Shown one piece after another: positions 28,834-38,637 of a stretch of 64,000 nt of DNA; the stretch's first letter is position 1; the number at the start of each line of letters is the position of its first letter. Source of the DNA: a virus. Both the position numbers and the translations under genes were made by a program. The stretch is taken from positions 70,799 to 134,798 of the IMG/VR virus record IMGVR_UViG_3300021963_000040. One strand, 5' to 3'. Under the pieces are notes generated by a model that worked only from the letters and a program-made list of their open reading frames with translations, was not told the DNA's origin and searched no databases.

Positions 28834-31716
28834 TTAAGCTGGAATAGCCCAACGGAAGTTGTTTGTAAAGGTTGCCTGGGCGTTAGCACCTGCTACACCC
28901 GGGTCTTCTAAACTTCTGTAACCTTGTGAAGTTGTTGTACCGCCTAGATAGAATCTATAGGTGTTAACTGGTGCTGGGCTACCAGTTGGAGGTGTAGAAA
29001 TTACCCAGTGATCGTTAGTGCTTGCACTACCACCAGTTGCGTAGAAATCGTCAGTGTCAACTGTAACAGAAACTGTATCCATTAATTGACCTAAACCACT
29101 TGGAATAACCTTTAGACCGTAGAAACGACCGCGGATATCAGGATCATATGTAGGACCTAGTACTACTACCGGACTGAACATGAAACGCTTACTGTTATAT
29201 ATGTTAGTAAAAACAGGAACAATGTTACCCATGTGTGGCTGAATAATCAAGTCAGCGGCCGGTGTTGTTTGACCAGCGGCTGGAGTACCAACGGCGTTGT
29301 ATGCACCAGCGGCTCCCAATTCAAACACGTGGCCCCAGCGACCAGTAGTAATAGTACATGCAGAGTAAACGTGAGCGTTTAGACCTGTTAAGTCACCTGT
29401 GGAGTTACGTATACGTGGTACACTGAATAAGCCACCGTGAACAACACGAGCTTGTGCTATTGGTAGTGTAGGTATCTGACCTGAACCAACTGGGAAACGG
29501 TTACCATGAATGTAAGAGTATGTTGGCCATGGACTTACACCAGGAGAACCAGTTACTGGAGCACCAGTGAAGTATGGAACACCTGTAACACCAGTTGTAC
29601 CGGAACCGGTATCTTCTGGCTGAGCACGTTCAAACTCAACGCAACCTACCCATGGTTGTTGTAAGTTACTAAATGTCTTTCCTTGTACAATGAAGTAACG
29701 TGGCTTAGCAAATAGGTATAAGAAACCACCAGTGGTTAGTGTCATTGGTGTTAAGTCAGTTACACCGCTGATAGCACCAGTCACTGAAGTAGAAGCCAGG
29801 GTTTGTGAACCTGACACGTTGTATGTACCAGTACCACCAGTACCTGTACCGAGGGAAGTAACTGTACCAACTGAGTTAGAAATAACCATACCAACTGTAA
29901 TAGTACCAGCCGGAACAGCAGTAGCAGTGAATACAGTAGTTGATTGTGTACCAACAGCTACAGTACCACCGGATTGGTCAGCTAAGTTAATACCAACACC
30001 ACCGGTTTGTCCAAAAGATGCAGTCCAACGTTCGTAAACTGGAGTTGCATAAGCACCAACGGCAGTTGTAACAACACCAGTGGACCATAATGGCCAAAAA
30101 CGTAGACCCATGTACTTACGATCTAAGCTGGTGTTAGATAGTAATGTGCTAGCTTCTGCGCTCTTATTTGGTGAACTGTACACATATTCAATAAAGTCAG
30201 CGGCACCGTTTAGTGCAGTAGCAGAACCCGGAGTCCAAACCTGCGGAGGGTTAGTACCGGTAGAGTATAGGTTGTTCTTTGTTGGTGTAGCTAGTGTTAA
30301 AGTAGTACCGGAAACAGCGGCTAGGTATGAATAGTGAGGAACAGTTCTGTAATATACTACAGGACCAGTCACTGACATAGAAGCCGATACAGTCATCGAT
30401 GTGTTAGAAGCAATAGCAGTAACAGTGAAATACTGACCTGCAATAGCAATTTCAGCGCCAACATGTAATTCAGTAGTAAACAATGTGTTAGTACCAGTTA
30501 CAGTAGTTGAAGCCGCTACGGTGTTGATTGTACCGGTTAGTTGAACAGCAGGTCCACCTGCACCAGAAATTTTAACGAAGTTGGACTGTACAAAGTTAGT
30601 ACCGGATGCAACGCTGATTACAGTAGTACCTGCAGGGTATGCAGTAGCGGATGCTGGTAGAGTTGTTGCAATACCAAACTTACCACCGGCTGTGTTTGAA
30701 CCGTTACCTTCACGTGTACCTTCTAGTACCCAACCGCGTAGTTTTTTCTTCTTATAAACAGTAGCACCGCTTAATGTAGCCGGTAAATGAATGTTAAGAC
30801 GAACTGACGTATCGCTAACGATCTGTGTAACGGTACATTCTGTACCGTTAACAATGATATCATCGCCTACACGTAGTTCTTGTGTAAAGATTGTACCAGT
30901 ACCAGTTAGATATGATTCTTCACGCATAAAGTACGCACCAGTTACAGCTTGTGTTAGCGCAGTACCTAGTGTTGCGGCAGTTGTTGCACCGCCGGCAAAT
31001 GTGATTGTACGTAGTTCATCGCCGATCCAAATAGTATCACCAGATACTAAGTCAGAGGCAAAGTTAGTACCAGTACCAGTAACAGTAGTAGAGCCGGCAG
31101 TTACAGCAATAGTACCACGTGGCATGACCTTGTAGTTTAAGTTGCTATCTGTGAAATCCATTGGAGCGTTAACTGTAATGGATGTATCACTAGCAATAGC
31201 TGTAATTGTACGTGAGCGTCCGTCAATCATAATTGTACGACCAACAATGCTGGGTGTACCAGTTGCGTTGTTTGTTGCTTCAGTTGTAAACAATGTACCT
31301 ACACCAGTAATTGTTGAACTACCAGTTGTCACAGAAACTGTACCCGTTGTGCTGTTACGTATTGTAGCGGCTACTGTACCAGTAAGTGCGTAGTTAATTG
31401 CTTTTAATGCGCTGGCTACAGTAATAGCCGGGCTAAATGAGCTAGTAACAGTTAAAGATGTATCAGTTGCCGGATTAGAAGCTAGTGTTCTTGCTTGACC
31501 GGCAAGCATAACCACATCACCGGCACGTAGTTGTGTTGTAAAAATAGATCCAGTACCAGTTACAGTAGTACCGGATGCGATGGCAGTACCTTGGAACGTA
31601 TCATTACGTAACCAAGCGTCAACTGCCGCAAAAGTGGTATAAGTATCTGTACCAGAAGCAGGACCATATGAAATAGCGGCGCTATTTCTGCCCAGTTCGT
31701 TCGTCAATGTTGCCAT
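28834..31716 (-). CDS. Tail fibre/virion protein with repeated beta domains
   Basis: Thr/Gly-rich; repeated TGTGTxFTxELxxGDxIxIxG units. Confidence 0.75.
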   Translation of the reverse strand: MATLTNELGRNSAAISYGPASGTDTYTTFAAVDAWLRNDTFQGTAIASGTTVTGTGSIFTTQLRAGDVVMLAGQARTLASNPATDTSLTVTSSFSPAITVASALKAINYALTGTVAATIRNSTTGTVSVTTGSSTITGVGTLFTTEATNNATGTPSIVGRTIMIDGRSRTITAIASDTSITVNAPMDFTDSNLNYKVMPRGTIAVTAGSTTVTGTGTNFASDLVSGDTIWIGDELRTITFAGGATTAATLGTALTQAVTGAYFMREESYLTGTGTIFTQELRVGDDIIVNGTECTVTQIVSDTSVRLNIHLPATLSGATVYKKKKLRGWVLEGTREGNGSNTAGGKFGIATTLPASATAYPAGTTVISVASGTNFVQSNFVKISGAGGPAVQLTGTINTVAASTTVTGTNTLFTTELHVGAEIAIAGQYFTVTAIASNTSMTVSASMSVTGPVVYYRTVPHYSYLAAVSGTTLTLATPTKNNLYSTGTNPPQVWTPGSATALNGAADFIEYVYSSPNKSAEASTLLSNTSLDRKYMGLRFWPLWSTGVVTTAVGAYATPVYERWTASFGQTGGVGINLADQSGGTVAVGTQSTTVFTATAVPAGTITVGMVISNSVGTVTSLGTGTGGTGTYNVSGSQTLASTSVTGAISGVTDLTPMTLTTGGFLYLFAKPRYFIVQGKTFSNLQQPWVGCVEFERAQPEDTGSGTTGVTGVPYFTGAPVTGSPGVSPWPTYSYIHGNRFPVGSGQIPTLPIAQARVVHGGLFSVPRIRNSTGDLTGLNAHVYSACTITTGRWGHVFELGAAGAYNAVGTPAAGQTTPAADLIIQPHMGNIVPVFTNIYNSKRFMFSPVVVLGPTYDPDIRGRFYGLKVIPSGLGQLMDTVSVTVDTDDFYATGGSASTNDHWVISTPPTGSPAPVNTYRFYLGGTTTSQGYRSLEDPGVAGANAQATFTNNFRWAIPA

Positions 31717-31796
31717 AAAATCTCCTTAGTAATATTCAACAATTACCGTTTTTCAATACTGTATTTATTCAAAAAGGCTATAACACCCGTATAACT

Positions 31797-32528
31797 TTAT
31801 AGTAAAGTCATAGTAAAATTGAATCCTGTACCAGAAATTAGATCAACTCTAATATTGGAACTTGTAGTAATTGGTATGTTTAAATCTGTGTATGAAGCTG
31901 TGTAATTTCCAGGGGCTATAGAGTAAGTATCTGATAGTGCATCATCAATGTACAGCCCTACAGTCAGTGGAGTGTTTGCTACTAACGAAGAGTTTGACAG
32001 ATTTATTCTCTTGATAGTGGCGGGGTTTATAGGTCTAAAAATCGCTGTACCTCTTAGAGGTGCATTAGCAGTTCCTATAATGTTAAAGGTTTTGATAGGT
32101 AATTTACCATCCGTAGCAGTATCAACGTAACCTTTGGTAACAAGATCTGTAGGCTGAATTGGCACTTTAACATTAACTGCGCTGAGATTTTTGAAGTCAA
32201 TCTGATCCTGATCGTTGATAGAAACAACATTTTTAGCTAGCAAAGAGATGAATATTTCTTTTGGGCCAACTGGAAATGTTACAATTTGGTTGCTGTTGCT
32301 AGAACTCTGTATTACCGTTCTAGAAATAGTATTTTCTGATATTAAGGTTCCTAATCCTGCTTCCCATTGTCCTAATAAAGTATGAACAGCTACGTAGTGA
32401 AAAGTGTCACCGACGTCGCAAGTTTCTGAAAAAGTTTTGTAACCTATTATAGGATCCGTTAGAGTTATAGGGCTAAGTCCTACAATGTCGCAACTTTGCT
32501 TAACACGATCATCAATAATATATGTCAT
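31797..32528 (-). CDS. Tail-associated protein
   Basis: DRVKQ...WEAGLGT...SRTVIQSS motif and TKGYVD fibre motif. Confidence 0.6.
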   Translation of the reverse strand: MTYIIDDRVKQSCDIVGLSPITLTDPIIGYKTFSETCDVGDTFHYVAVHTLLGQWEAGLGTLISENTISRTVIQSSSNSNQIVTFPVGPKEIFISLLAKNVVSINDQDQIDFKNLSAVNVKVPIQPTDLVTKGYVDTATDGKLPIKTFNIIGTANAPLRGTAIFRPINPATIKRINLSNSSLVANTPLTVGLYIDDALSDTYSIAPGNYTASYTDLNIPITTSSNIRVDLISGTGFNFTMTLL

Positions 32529-32785
32529 TTAGCTGATTCTTGTAAAATTCTTGTCAGCTTAGAATGTAGTCCGCCTATTAGACTAAATTCTTCTACTTTA
32601 AATGAACCGCGAGATGCACAAGTGTCTAAAAGAACTAACATGAGTTCTAAATCACGGGTCGTCAAACTGTCGTCATTTACAACAGATTCAGTCTTTGGTG
32701 CTTCGGGTGGAACATCTTCCCTGCCCGGAATACGTTTAGATTTTGGTTCTCCGATACTACCGGATTTTGGCGCGGTGTCTGACAT
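32525..32785 (-). CDS. Hypothetical protein
   Basis: Coupled ORF; SRGSFKVEEF motif. Confidence 0.65.
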   Translation of the reverse strand: MSDTAPKSGSIGEPKSKRIPGREDVPPEAPKTESVVNDDSLTTRDLELMLVLLDTCASRGSFKVEEFSLIGGLHSKLTRILQESAK

Positions 32786-32789
32786 TTAA

Positions 32790-33209
32790 TTATGTTCCTG
32801 CATAAAATTTGTTTAAAGTATGGATAAATGATGTTACATTAACAATTAATCCTTGGGTAATTGATACACTACCAATAACCAAGTTTGCATCGCTAGTACC
32901 CACACTACCATCAATAACAGCAGTCTGACCGTTAGATGTAAAAGTTCTAAACCATGTAGCTGTACCATCCGCAACAGCTACAGCAGGGCTAATAGTGTTA
33001 GAAATCAAAACACCATTTGATACGGAAGCAAATGCAATGCTAGGAAATCTAAGTTCTGCTAGTACGACTTCACTGCCTGTTGGTGCAGTATCAGCGTTAG
33101 CTGGTTGTGTTCCAGAATAAATTTTAATATAGCCGTTGTTGAGCAATGTCGCTAAAGCCCCGGCTTCAGCTTCTACAGCAACGGTTGAGAGTTGGGTATT
33201 AATAGCCAT
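32790..33209 (-). CDS. Virion structural protein (paralog of 34019-34438)
   Basis: IKIYSGTQP...ADGTATWFR...IDGSVG. Confidence 0.75.
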   Translation of the reverse strand: MAINTQLSTVAVEAEAGALATLLNNGYIKIYSGTQPANADTAPTGSEVVLAELRFPSIAFASVSNGVLISNTISPAVAVADGTATWFRTFTSNGQTAVIDGSVGTSDANLVIGSVSITQGLIVNVTSFIHTLNKFYAGT

Positions 33210-33268
33210 GTTGTCCTTGTTTGCTTAGTAAAAAGCTGATAAATATGTAAAAACAGCTCACTAGTATC

Positions 33269-33284
33269 GATAAATATATTTATC
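33269..33284. promoter_or_regulatory. 16-bp perfect palindrome containing TAAATA on both strands
   Basis: GATAAATATATTTATC in the divergent intergenic region. Confidence 0.55.
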
Positions 33285-33339
33285 TTTGTTTCAGACGTGA
33301 TTCTGCAATAAATATAGCATTAGGAATTCAGGAACCCAT

Positions 33340-33927
33340 ATGAGTGATCAACCAGTAATTAAACTTCACAACGCAAAAGAAACAGAATTCGAGTTTAACG
33401 TAGCAATCAACGGCCCTAGCGACGAATCTACACCAGTAGTACGTTTTGTGTTAGAAAACGTAAAAGGCTACAATGTTGCAGTTGATTGCAATAAAGTAGG
33501 CCCGGATAGCTGGGGAGTTAGAATCCCTGCACTACAGCACCTAAGCGAAAATCACAACTTTCACGTAGAAGTTATTGTAGACGGTTATTTTTTCATCCCA
33601 TCACAGGGTTTAGTAGAAGTAGTACAAGCACCGCAAGTAGCAATTAAAGAAGGCTTATCGCAAGACAAACCAAAAGTTACAGCCCAAATCAAACAAGTTA
33701 CAGAATCAGAAATTCCTAAAAAACTTAAAGAATTTTATGACTTAACTGAATCAGATCAAAATATCTTACAAACAAAAACAAAGCAAGCAGGCTTATTGCT
33801 ACAAAAAGCAGGCAAGATTATGGAAGCAGGCTTTGAATCAAAACAACTAGATACTAGCTCGTTAAACAAGATGATTGTACTAGTAAAAGAAAGTTTAGAC
33901 AGTATCAAGTCAAAATTATTTGAATAA
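33340..33927 (+). CDS. Hypothetical protein
   Basis: 195 aa, TAAATA upstream. Confidence 0.7.
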   Translation: MSDQPVIKLHNAKETEFEFNVAINGPSDESTPVVRFVLENVKGYNVAVDCNKVGPDSWGVRIPALQHLSENHNFHVEVIVDGYFFIPSQGLVEVVQAPQVAIKEGLSQDKPKVTAQIKQVTESEIPKKLKEFYDLTESDQNILQTKTKQAGLLLQKAGKIMEAGFESKQLDTSSLNKMIVLVKESLDSIKSKLFE

Positions 33928-34018
33928 ACAGCAAAGCGCCGGACCTGTTCCGGCGTTCTCACCTTTGCAAAATCAATAAATACACTTATTAAGCTATAAG
34001 CTATTATAAAGGACAATT

Positions 34019-34438
34019 ATGACCACTAGAATAACCACAGCAGTTGCAGAAGCCCAAGCACAAGTAATTGCAAATTTGCTCACCGGCGCAAATATGAAAA
34101 TATACTCCGGCACACAACCGTTAGATGCCAGCAATCCACCTGGACAAAGCGATACGCTATTAGCAACATTAAGTTTTGGTAACCCTGCGGTAGCATCTGT
34201 AACCGGCGGCATTATTACCGCCAATCCATTAACTGGCGGCGTTGCAACAGCAGACGGCACAGCAGGTTGGTACAGAATTTATGCATCTGATAATGTAACT
34301 CCTATTATGGATGGGGGTATTGGAATTTCTAATAACAACTTACAGTTATCTTCAACTACTATCACAACTGGTGTTACTATTGAAATTACCAGCTGGACAC
34401 ACCAAGTAGTTAAGTCTCACTCCTTACAACAGGGTTAA
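34019..34438 (+). CDS. Virion structural protein (paralog of 32790-33209)
   Basis: MKIYSGTQP...ADGTAGWYR...MDGGIG. Confidence 0.75.
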   Translation: MTTRITTAVAEAQAQVIANLLTGANMKIYSGTQPLDASNPPGQSDTLLATLSFGNPAVASVTGGIITANPLTGGVATADGTAGWYRIYASDNVTPIMDGGIGISNNNLQLSSTTITTGVTIEITSWTHQVVKSHSLQQG

Positions 34439-34450
34439 TAGGAGACTATC

Positions 34451-35188
34451 ATTCCTACAGGCTTCTTAAGTAGCGGTCAGCATAATATCACTGACATACA
34501 TGGCATAGTTAAAGACTTTGCTGTATACCAATCTGATCAGGTACAAGATAGTGTTATCTTAGGTAATGTAGTTCCTGCAGGTTTGATTTCGGGTGTATTA
34601 AGTAGCGGTCAGCATAATATTACCGACATACACGGCTATGTAAAATTAGCAAGTGTAGTATGTCAGTCTGATCAAGTACAAGACAGTATAATTTACGGAT
34701 CCGTAACACCTGTTGAACAGCCACCAGAACCAACTGTTAAGAGAAATGTAGGCGGCACGGGAAAATATTATGGCCCACATGGTATTGCAGTTACAGCAGA
34801 TTTACTAAATGGTAACAGACCTGTTACAGAAGAAACCCAGTTTAACTTCTTTGATGAAACAGATAAGAGGCAGATAGAACGTTTCTTAGAAATTGAGTCT
34901 ACGCCTGTAGAAGAAGAGGTTGACACTTCTATGAGCTTTCTAAAAAGTTTACCTGCTCCTAAGGTAGACACTACTATGAGCTTTATCAAAAGTCTTAATC
35001 AACCAAAAGCACTTATCGAAAAAGAAATTGATCCTGCAATGAAAGTTGAATTGGACATTCTAGAAGAAATGAAAAATGCTGTTTTGGACAACACGTTAAC
35101 AGAAGTAATACAGCCAGTAGCAAAGCCGTTAACAGAAGCAGTACAGTCCGATAAGTTTTGGAAAATCATTTCAAAAACAAAGCATTGA
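34451..35188 (+). CDS. Putative structural protein, probable non-ATG (ATT/ATC) start
   Basis: AGGAG SD; frame open from 34442; duplicated LSSGQHNITDIHG...QSDQVQDS unit lies upstream of the track start. Confidence 0.6.
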   Translation: MPTGFLSSGQHNITDIHGIVKDFAVYQSDQVQDSVILGNVVPAGLISGVLSSGQHNITDIHGYVKLASVVCQSDQVQDSIIYGSVTPVEQPPEPTVKRNVGGTGKYYGPHGIAVTADLLNGNRPVTEETQFNFFDETDKRQIERFLEIESTPVEEEVDTSMSFLKSLPAPKVDTTMSFIKSLNQPKALIEKEIDPAMKVELDILEEMKNAVLDNTLTEVIQPVAKPLTEAVQSDKFWKIISKTKH

Positions 35189-35219
35189 CATAAAATCATA
35201 GTCCTTGTATAATAAGGGC

Positions 35220-35516
35220 ATGATCTACTTTAACATCAACATTCGCAATCCTCGGTGGTGGGATCGTTTTGAAAACATTAAATGTTGGACAGGCAAAACA
35301 CCATTCAAGAACAAATATTGGGAAGTGCAGGTCATTAAGAACGATAACCTGTTGCGGTTAGAGTTTGAAATCACTGCTCAACAAGATCATGCCGGAGCTA
35401 ACTTGGAGCTAGGACTGTTTGGCTACGAAATACATTTTACATTCTATGATAATCGTCATTGGAATCACGAAGAAGGGCGTTGGATGATTTATACTAATGA
35501 TGGAGGGTCTCACTGA
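35220..35516 (+). CDS. Hypothetical protein
   Basis: Follows TTGACA...TATAAT promoter. Confidence 0.7.
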   Translation: MIYFNINIRNPRWWDRFENIKCWTGKTPFKNKYWEVQVIKNDNLLRLEFEITAQQDHAGANLELGLFGYEIHFTFYDNRHWNHEEGRWMIYTNDGGSH

Positions 35517-35782
35517 TGCGATTTAATTGGAAATTTGGCCCGAGAGATCTAGACGACCTTAACGAGTCACAGTGGTATCCTGCTTATGCAGTATTACCTA
35601 CTCGTGTTGAAAACAAAATCTTGTTTTTGGAATATTACTTTATGCGTTATGTTCCAGTACGTGACTATAATAGTTTCATCAGTAAGCATTCAGAAAACCA
35701 ATGGACATACAAGTGGGATCCTGAATATAGATTACCTGAAAACATGTCTGAGGAGGATTTAGCAAATGTCTGGCATAGTTGA
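35516..35782 (+). CDS. Hypothetical protein
   Basis: TGATG coupling. Confidence 0.6.
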   Translation: MRFNWKFGPRDLDDLNESQWYPAYAVLPTRVENKILFLEYYFMRYVPVRDYNSFISKHSENQWTYKWDPEYRLPENMSEEDLANVWHS

Positions 35783-36188
35783 TTGTTTAATTTTAGGTGA
35801 CAGTATTGCTGTCGGAGTCGCTCAACAACGACCCGAATGCGTAGCCTATGCTACTGGAGGTTTAAATACCTGGCAATGGAATAAAAAGTACGATAACAAA
35901 GAATTAAATGCTAGGACTGTTATTATCAGTCTCGGTACTAATGATCACAGTGGTGTCAACACATATAAAGAGCTATCAGGTCTGAGAGCAGACATTCCTC
36001 AACATTCTAAAGTGTTTTGGATTATGCCTCCTTGCAATGATAAATTTTGTAAACAATCAGTCAACGACGTTGTTGCTATTTTGGCAAAGAACTATGGAGA
36101 CATCGTGTTAACTACCAAACGTTTACAATCTGATGCTATTCATCCGTCGACAGCTGGTTACAAAGAATTAGCAAACAAAACAAAATAG
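35766..36188 (+). CDS. SGNH/GDSL hydrolase
   Basis: ILGDSIA, SLGTND, DAIHP. Confidence 0.85.
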   Translation: MSGIVDCLILGDSIAVGVAQQRPECVAYATGGLNTWQWNKKYDNKELNARTVIISLGTNDHSGVNTYKELSGLRADIPQHSKVFWIMPPCNDKFCKQSVNDVVAILAKNYGDIVLTTKRLQSDAIHPSTAGYKELANKTK

Positions 36189-36244
36189 CATACTTTAAGT
36201 CCATCCAAATTTTGCTAAATATTTTAACAAGATTGGAGCGGGTC

Positions 36245-36448
36245 GTGAGTAACGGATACGAAATTAGATTAGAACTATTAAAAATGGCAAAAGATTTCCT
36301 AGATAGAGAATACAATGCCAAACTCGATGCGGCCAAACGCATCGCTGAATTAAACGGCACCGAAATCTCCCTGCCAAAAGAATATACAATCGACGATATC
36401 AGTGCCAAGGCAACCGAACTAAACAAGTTTGTCAACCAAAAGAACTAA
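36245..36448 (+). CDS. Conserved small phage protein (paralog of 16857-17084)
   Basis: GYEIRLELLKMA...AKATELNKFV; GTG start after GGAG. Confidence 0.75.
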   Translation: MSNGYEIRLELLKMAKDFLDREYNAKLDAAKRIAELNGTEISLPKEYTIDDISAKATELNKFVNQKN

Positions 36449-36541
36449 TTGGTTAAATTAGTTCTTGCATAATTCGTTTTAGTTTAATATACTAGAGACT
36501 CAAGTTTGCAATATGCAAACAAGACTAATAGGAAAGCTAAA

Positions 36542-36808
36542 ATGGCAATCAATACTTCAACTAAAGCCGGTAAACTACTTACCGCACTTCAAAATGGCGA
36601 AGCTCTAACTGCTAGCCAGATTTCCAAGCGTTTTGGTATCAAGAACCCAACTGCTACTGTTAGCGATCTACGTCATTCAGGTTACGTAGTTTATGCTAAT
36701 CAGCGTCGTGCAGGTAACGGTGTTCGTGTTACTGAATATCGTACTGGCAAAGCTAGCCGTCAAATCGTTGCGGCTGGTTACAAAGCAATGGCAATGGGCC
36801 TAGTTTAA
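36542..36808 (+). CDS. Winged-helix DNA-binding protein
   Basis: GEALTASQISKRFGIKNPTATVSDLR. Confidence 0.7.
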   Translation: MAINTSTKAGKLLTALQNGEALTASQISKRFGIKNPTATVSDLRHSGYVVYANQRRAGNGVRVTEYRTGKASRQIVAAGYKAMAMGLV

Positions 36809-36920
36809 TACTAGTTTAATCCATTTCCATTTAAAAGGGCACCCTAGTGCCCTTTTATTTTGACTATTTGTTTAAATAGTGCTATGCAAACAGACTGTTT
36901 GCCTTAATTAAGGAACAGAC

Positions 36921-37178
36921 ATGAAACAACTTTTAGTAGCATTAATTGCGGCCTTGTTCGCATTAGGTGCCCAAGCAAAAGAAGAACCTAAGAAAGAAGA
37001 AAAGAAACCAGCAGTAGCCGAGAAAAAGGCTGAACCAGCTAAAAAGGCTGAACCAGCTAAAAAAGAAGAAGCTAAAGCTGGAGCCGAAGAAAAGAAGAAC
37101 ATTGGCCCACGTAATCGCCAAACCAAAAAAGAGCAAGAAAAAGGTGACACTGGTCGTCTAGACGCTCAAAAGAAATAA
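36921..37178 (+). CDS. Exported low-complexity Lys/Glu/Ala protein
   Basis: Signal peptide AQA; KKAEPA repeats. Confidence 0.7.
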   Translation: MKQLLVALIAALFALGAQAKEEPKKEEKKPAVAEKKAEPAKKAEPAKKEEAKAGAEEKKNIGPRNRQTKKEQEKGDTGRLDAQKK

Positions 37179-37220
37179 TCAATATTTCAACTAATAGGCC
37201 CATACGGGCCTATTTTTGTC

Positions 37221-37277
37221 TTGACAGGGCCAATAAGTACTAGTATAATATACACTTTAGAAAGACACTTTAGAAAG
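37221..37277 (+). promoter_or_regulatory. sigma70 promoter followed by a 13-bp tandem repeat
   Basis: TTGACA-17-TATAAT then ACACTTTAGAAAG x2. Confidence 0.7.
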
Positions 37278-37289
37278 AAAGGTTTATGA

Positions 37290-37871
37290 GTGAAAAAGGT
37301 AGAAGATAACATTACAGCACCGGACAGGATAGACCTAAGTCTATTAAACTCTCATACTCATATCCTGACAGGCGACATTGACGAAGAAAATATTAACTCA
37401 GCCATTAAATGGTTATTGTACGAAAATTTAGATCAAAACAAAAATAAAACATTAACATTGTACATTAACTCTACAGGCGGAGACTTATATCAGGCATTTG
37501 CTTTAATAGATATAATGAACAGCAGTCATTATCCTGTTAGAGTTATTGGAATTGGCGCTGTGATGTCGGCCGCCTTTCTTATTTTTGTATCTGGTGCTAA
37601 AGGATTGCGTTATGCGGCACCTACTACCAGTTTTATGTGTCATCAATTCAGTTCTAATACAGAAGCCAAGTATCACGACATTAAAGCAGAAATGAAAGAA
37701 AACGAATCTTTAAATGCTAAAATGGTTACTATTCTAAAAGAAGCATCAGGCCTTGCAACAGCTAAAATTAAATCTAAACTATTACCAGCTAGCGATGTTT
37801 ACCTTTCTGCACAAGAGATGGTTGACTTAGGTCTAGCTGATCATATATTATATATTACACAAAAGGATTAA
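37290..37871 (+). CDS. clpP: ClpP-family protease
   Basis: LYINSTGG, GAVMSAA (Ser), FMCHQ (His), SDVYLSAQE (Asp), GLADHI. Confidence 0.85.
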   Translation: MKKVEDNITAPDRIDLSLLNSHTHILTGDIDEENINSAIKWLLYENLDQNKNKTLTLYINSTGGDLYQAFALIDIMNSSHYPVRVIGIGAVMSAAFLIFVSGAKGLRYAAPTTSFMCHQFSSNTEAKYHDIKAEMKENESLNAKMVTILKEASGLATAKIKSKLLPASDVYLSAQEMVDLGLADHILYITQKD

Positions 37872-37872
37872 A

Positions 37873-38532
37873 ATGTTATTCGACAAATCAATTGAAAAGT
37901 GGGACACTATGTACCCGGCCGCGGCCTACTTGATAGAAAAGGATCAACCTTTTGTTGCACCTAAACATGCCAAGTATTGTTCAGCATACGGATATTGTTT
38001 TAGTGACACACAGGTTAAGATTGATAATAAATTACATAAATTAGAAGCAGGACAATATTTTGCTTTCTTTGCCAAAGACAGCATCAAAGTTAAAACTCAA
38101 GGTAGTGCATTTTTAGTAATTAGACTTGGTTACAAAGTAACAAATCAAATTGGCTGGATTGAAGAGCAAGGTCGGTTGACATACATTGACGGTTGTACAG
38201 ATAGTTTATTAGTATACCCGTCACGTCTAGGCGATAGTAGTCTTAACCTACTTTACTTTCCGCCTGGCATTGATCAAACGTTTCATATTCATCCAAGCAT
38301 TCGTTTAGGATGTGTGGCACGTGGAAATGGTTTTAGCAACCACGGCGATGCAGATGTTGTAACAGAATCACCCTTAACAGAAGGAAATATTTTCTGTTTA
38401 GAAGAAAACGAACGCCATCGTTTCCGTACCAAAGGTGAAAGTATGACTGTTATTGCTTTTCATCCAGACGGTGATTGGGGTCCTACAGATCACAATCACA
38501 CTATGTTAAACCGCACATATATTAACAAATAA
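37873..38532 (+). CDS. Cupin-domain protein
   Basis: QTFHIHPSIRLG...HRFRT...FHPD. Confidence 0.75.
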   Translation: MLFDKSIEKWDTMYPAAAYLIEKDQPFVAPKHAKYCSAYGYCFSDTQVKIDNKLHKLEAGQYFAFFAKDSIKVKTQGSAFLVIRLGYKVTNQIGWIEEQGRLTYIDGCTDSLLVYPSRLGDSSLNLLYFPPGIDQTFHIHPSIRLGCVARGNGFSNHGDADVVTESPLTEGNIFCLEENERHRFRTKGESMTVIAFHPDGDWGPTDHNHTMLNRTYINK

Positions 38533-38637
38533 GTCGTTATAACTAACTATAATGACTTGTTTATGTAGTGTAGTTGGGTTCTTCATAAAGAAGATAGTTA
38601 AATATTATACCCACAGTAATACCAACCAGGAGAAAAT

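Noticed and set aside
29732-31393. Plus-strand ORFs opposite the tail fibre gene, and similar antisense ORFs throughout (nrdA, clpX, curlin, cyclase)
   Set aside because: Shadow frames caused by codon bias; no SD or recognisable motifs
24555-33209. Invertase-controlled invertible tail segment
   Set aside because: No recombinase in the window and no nucleotide-level inverted repeats found at the block ends
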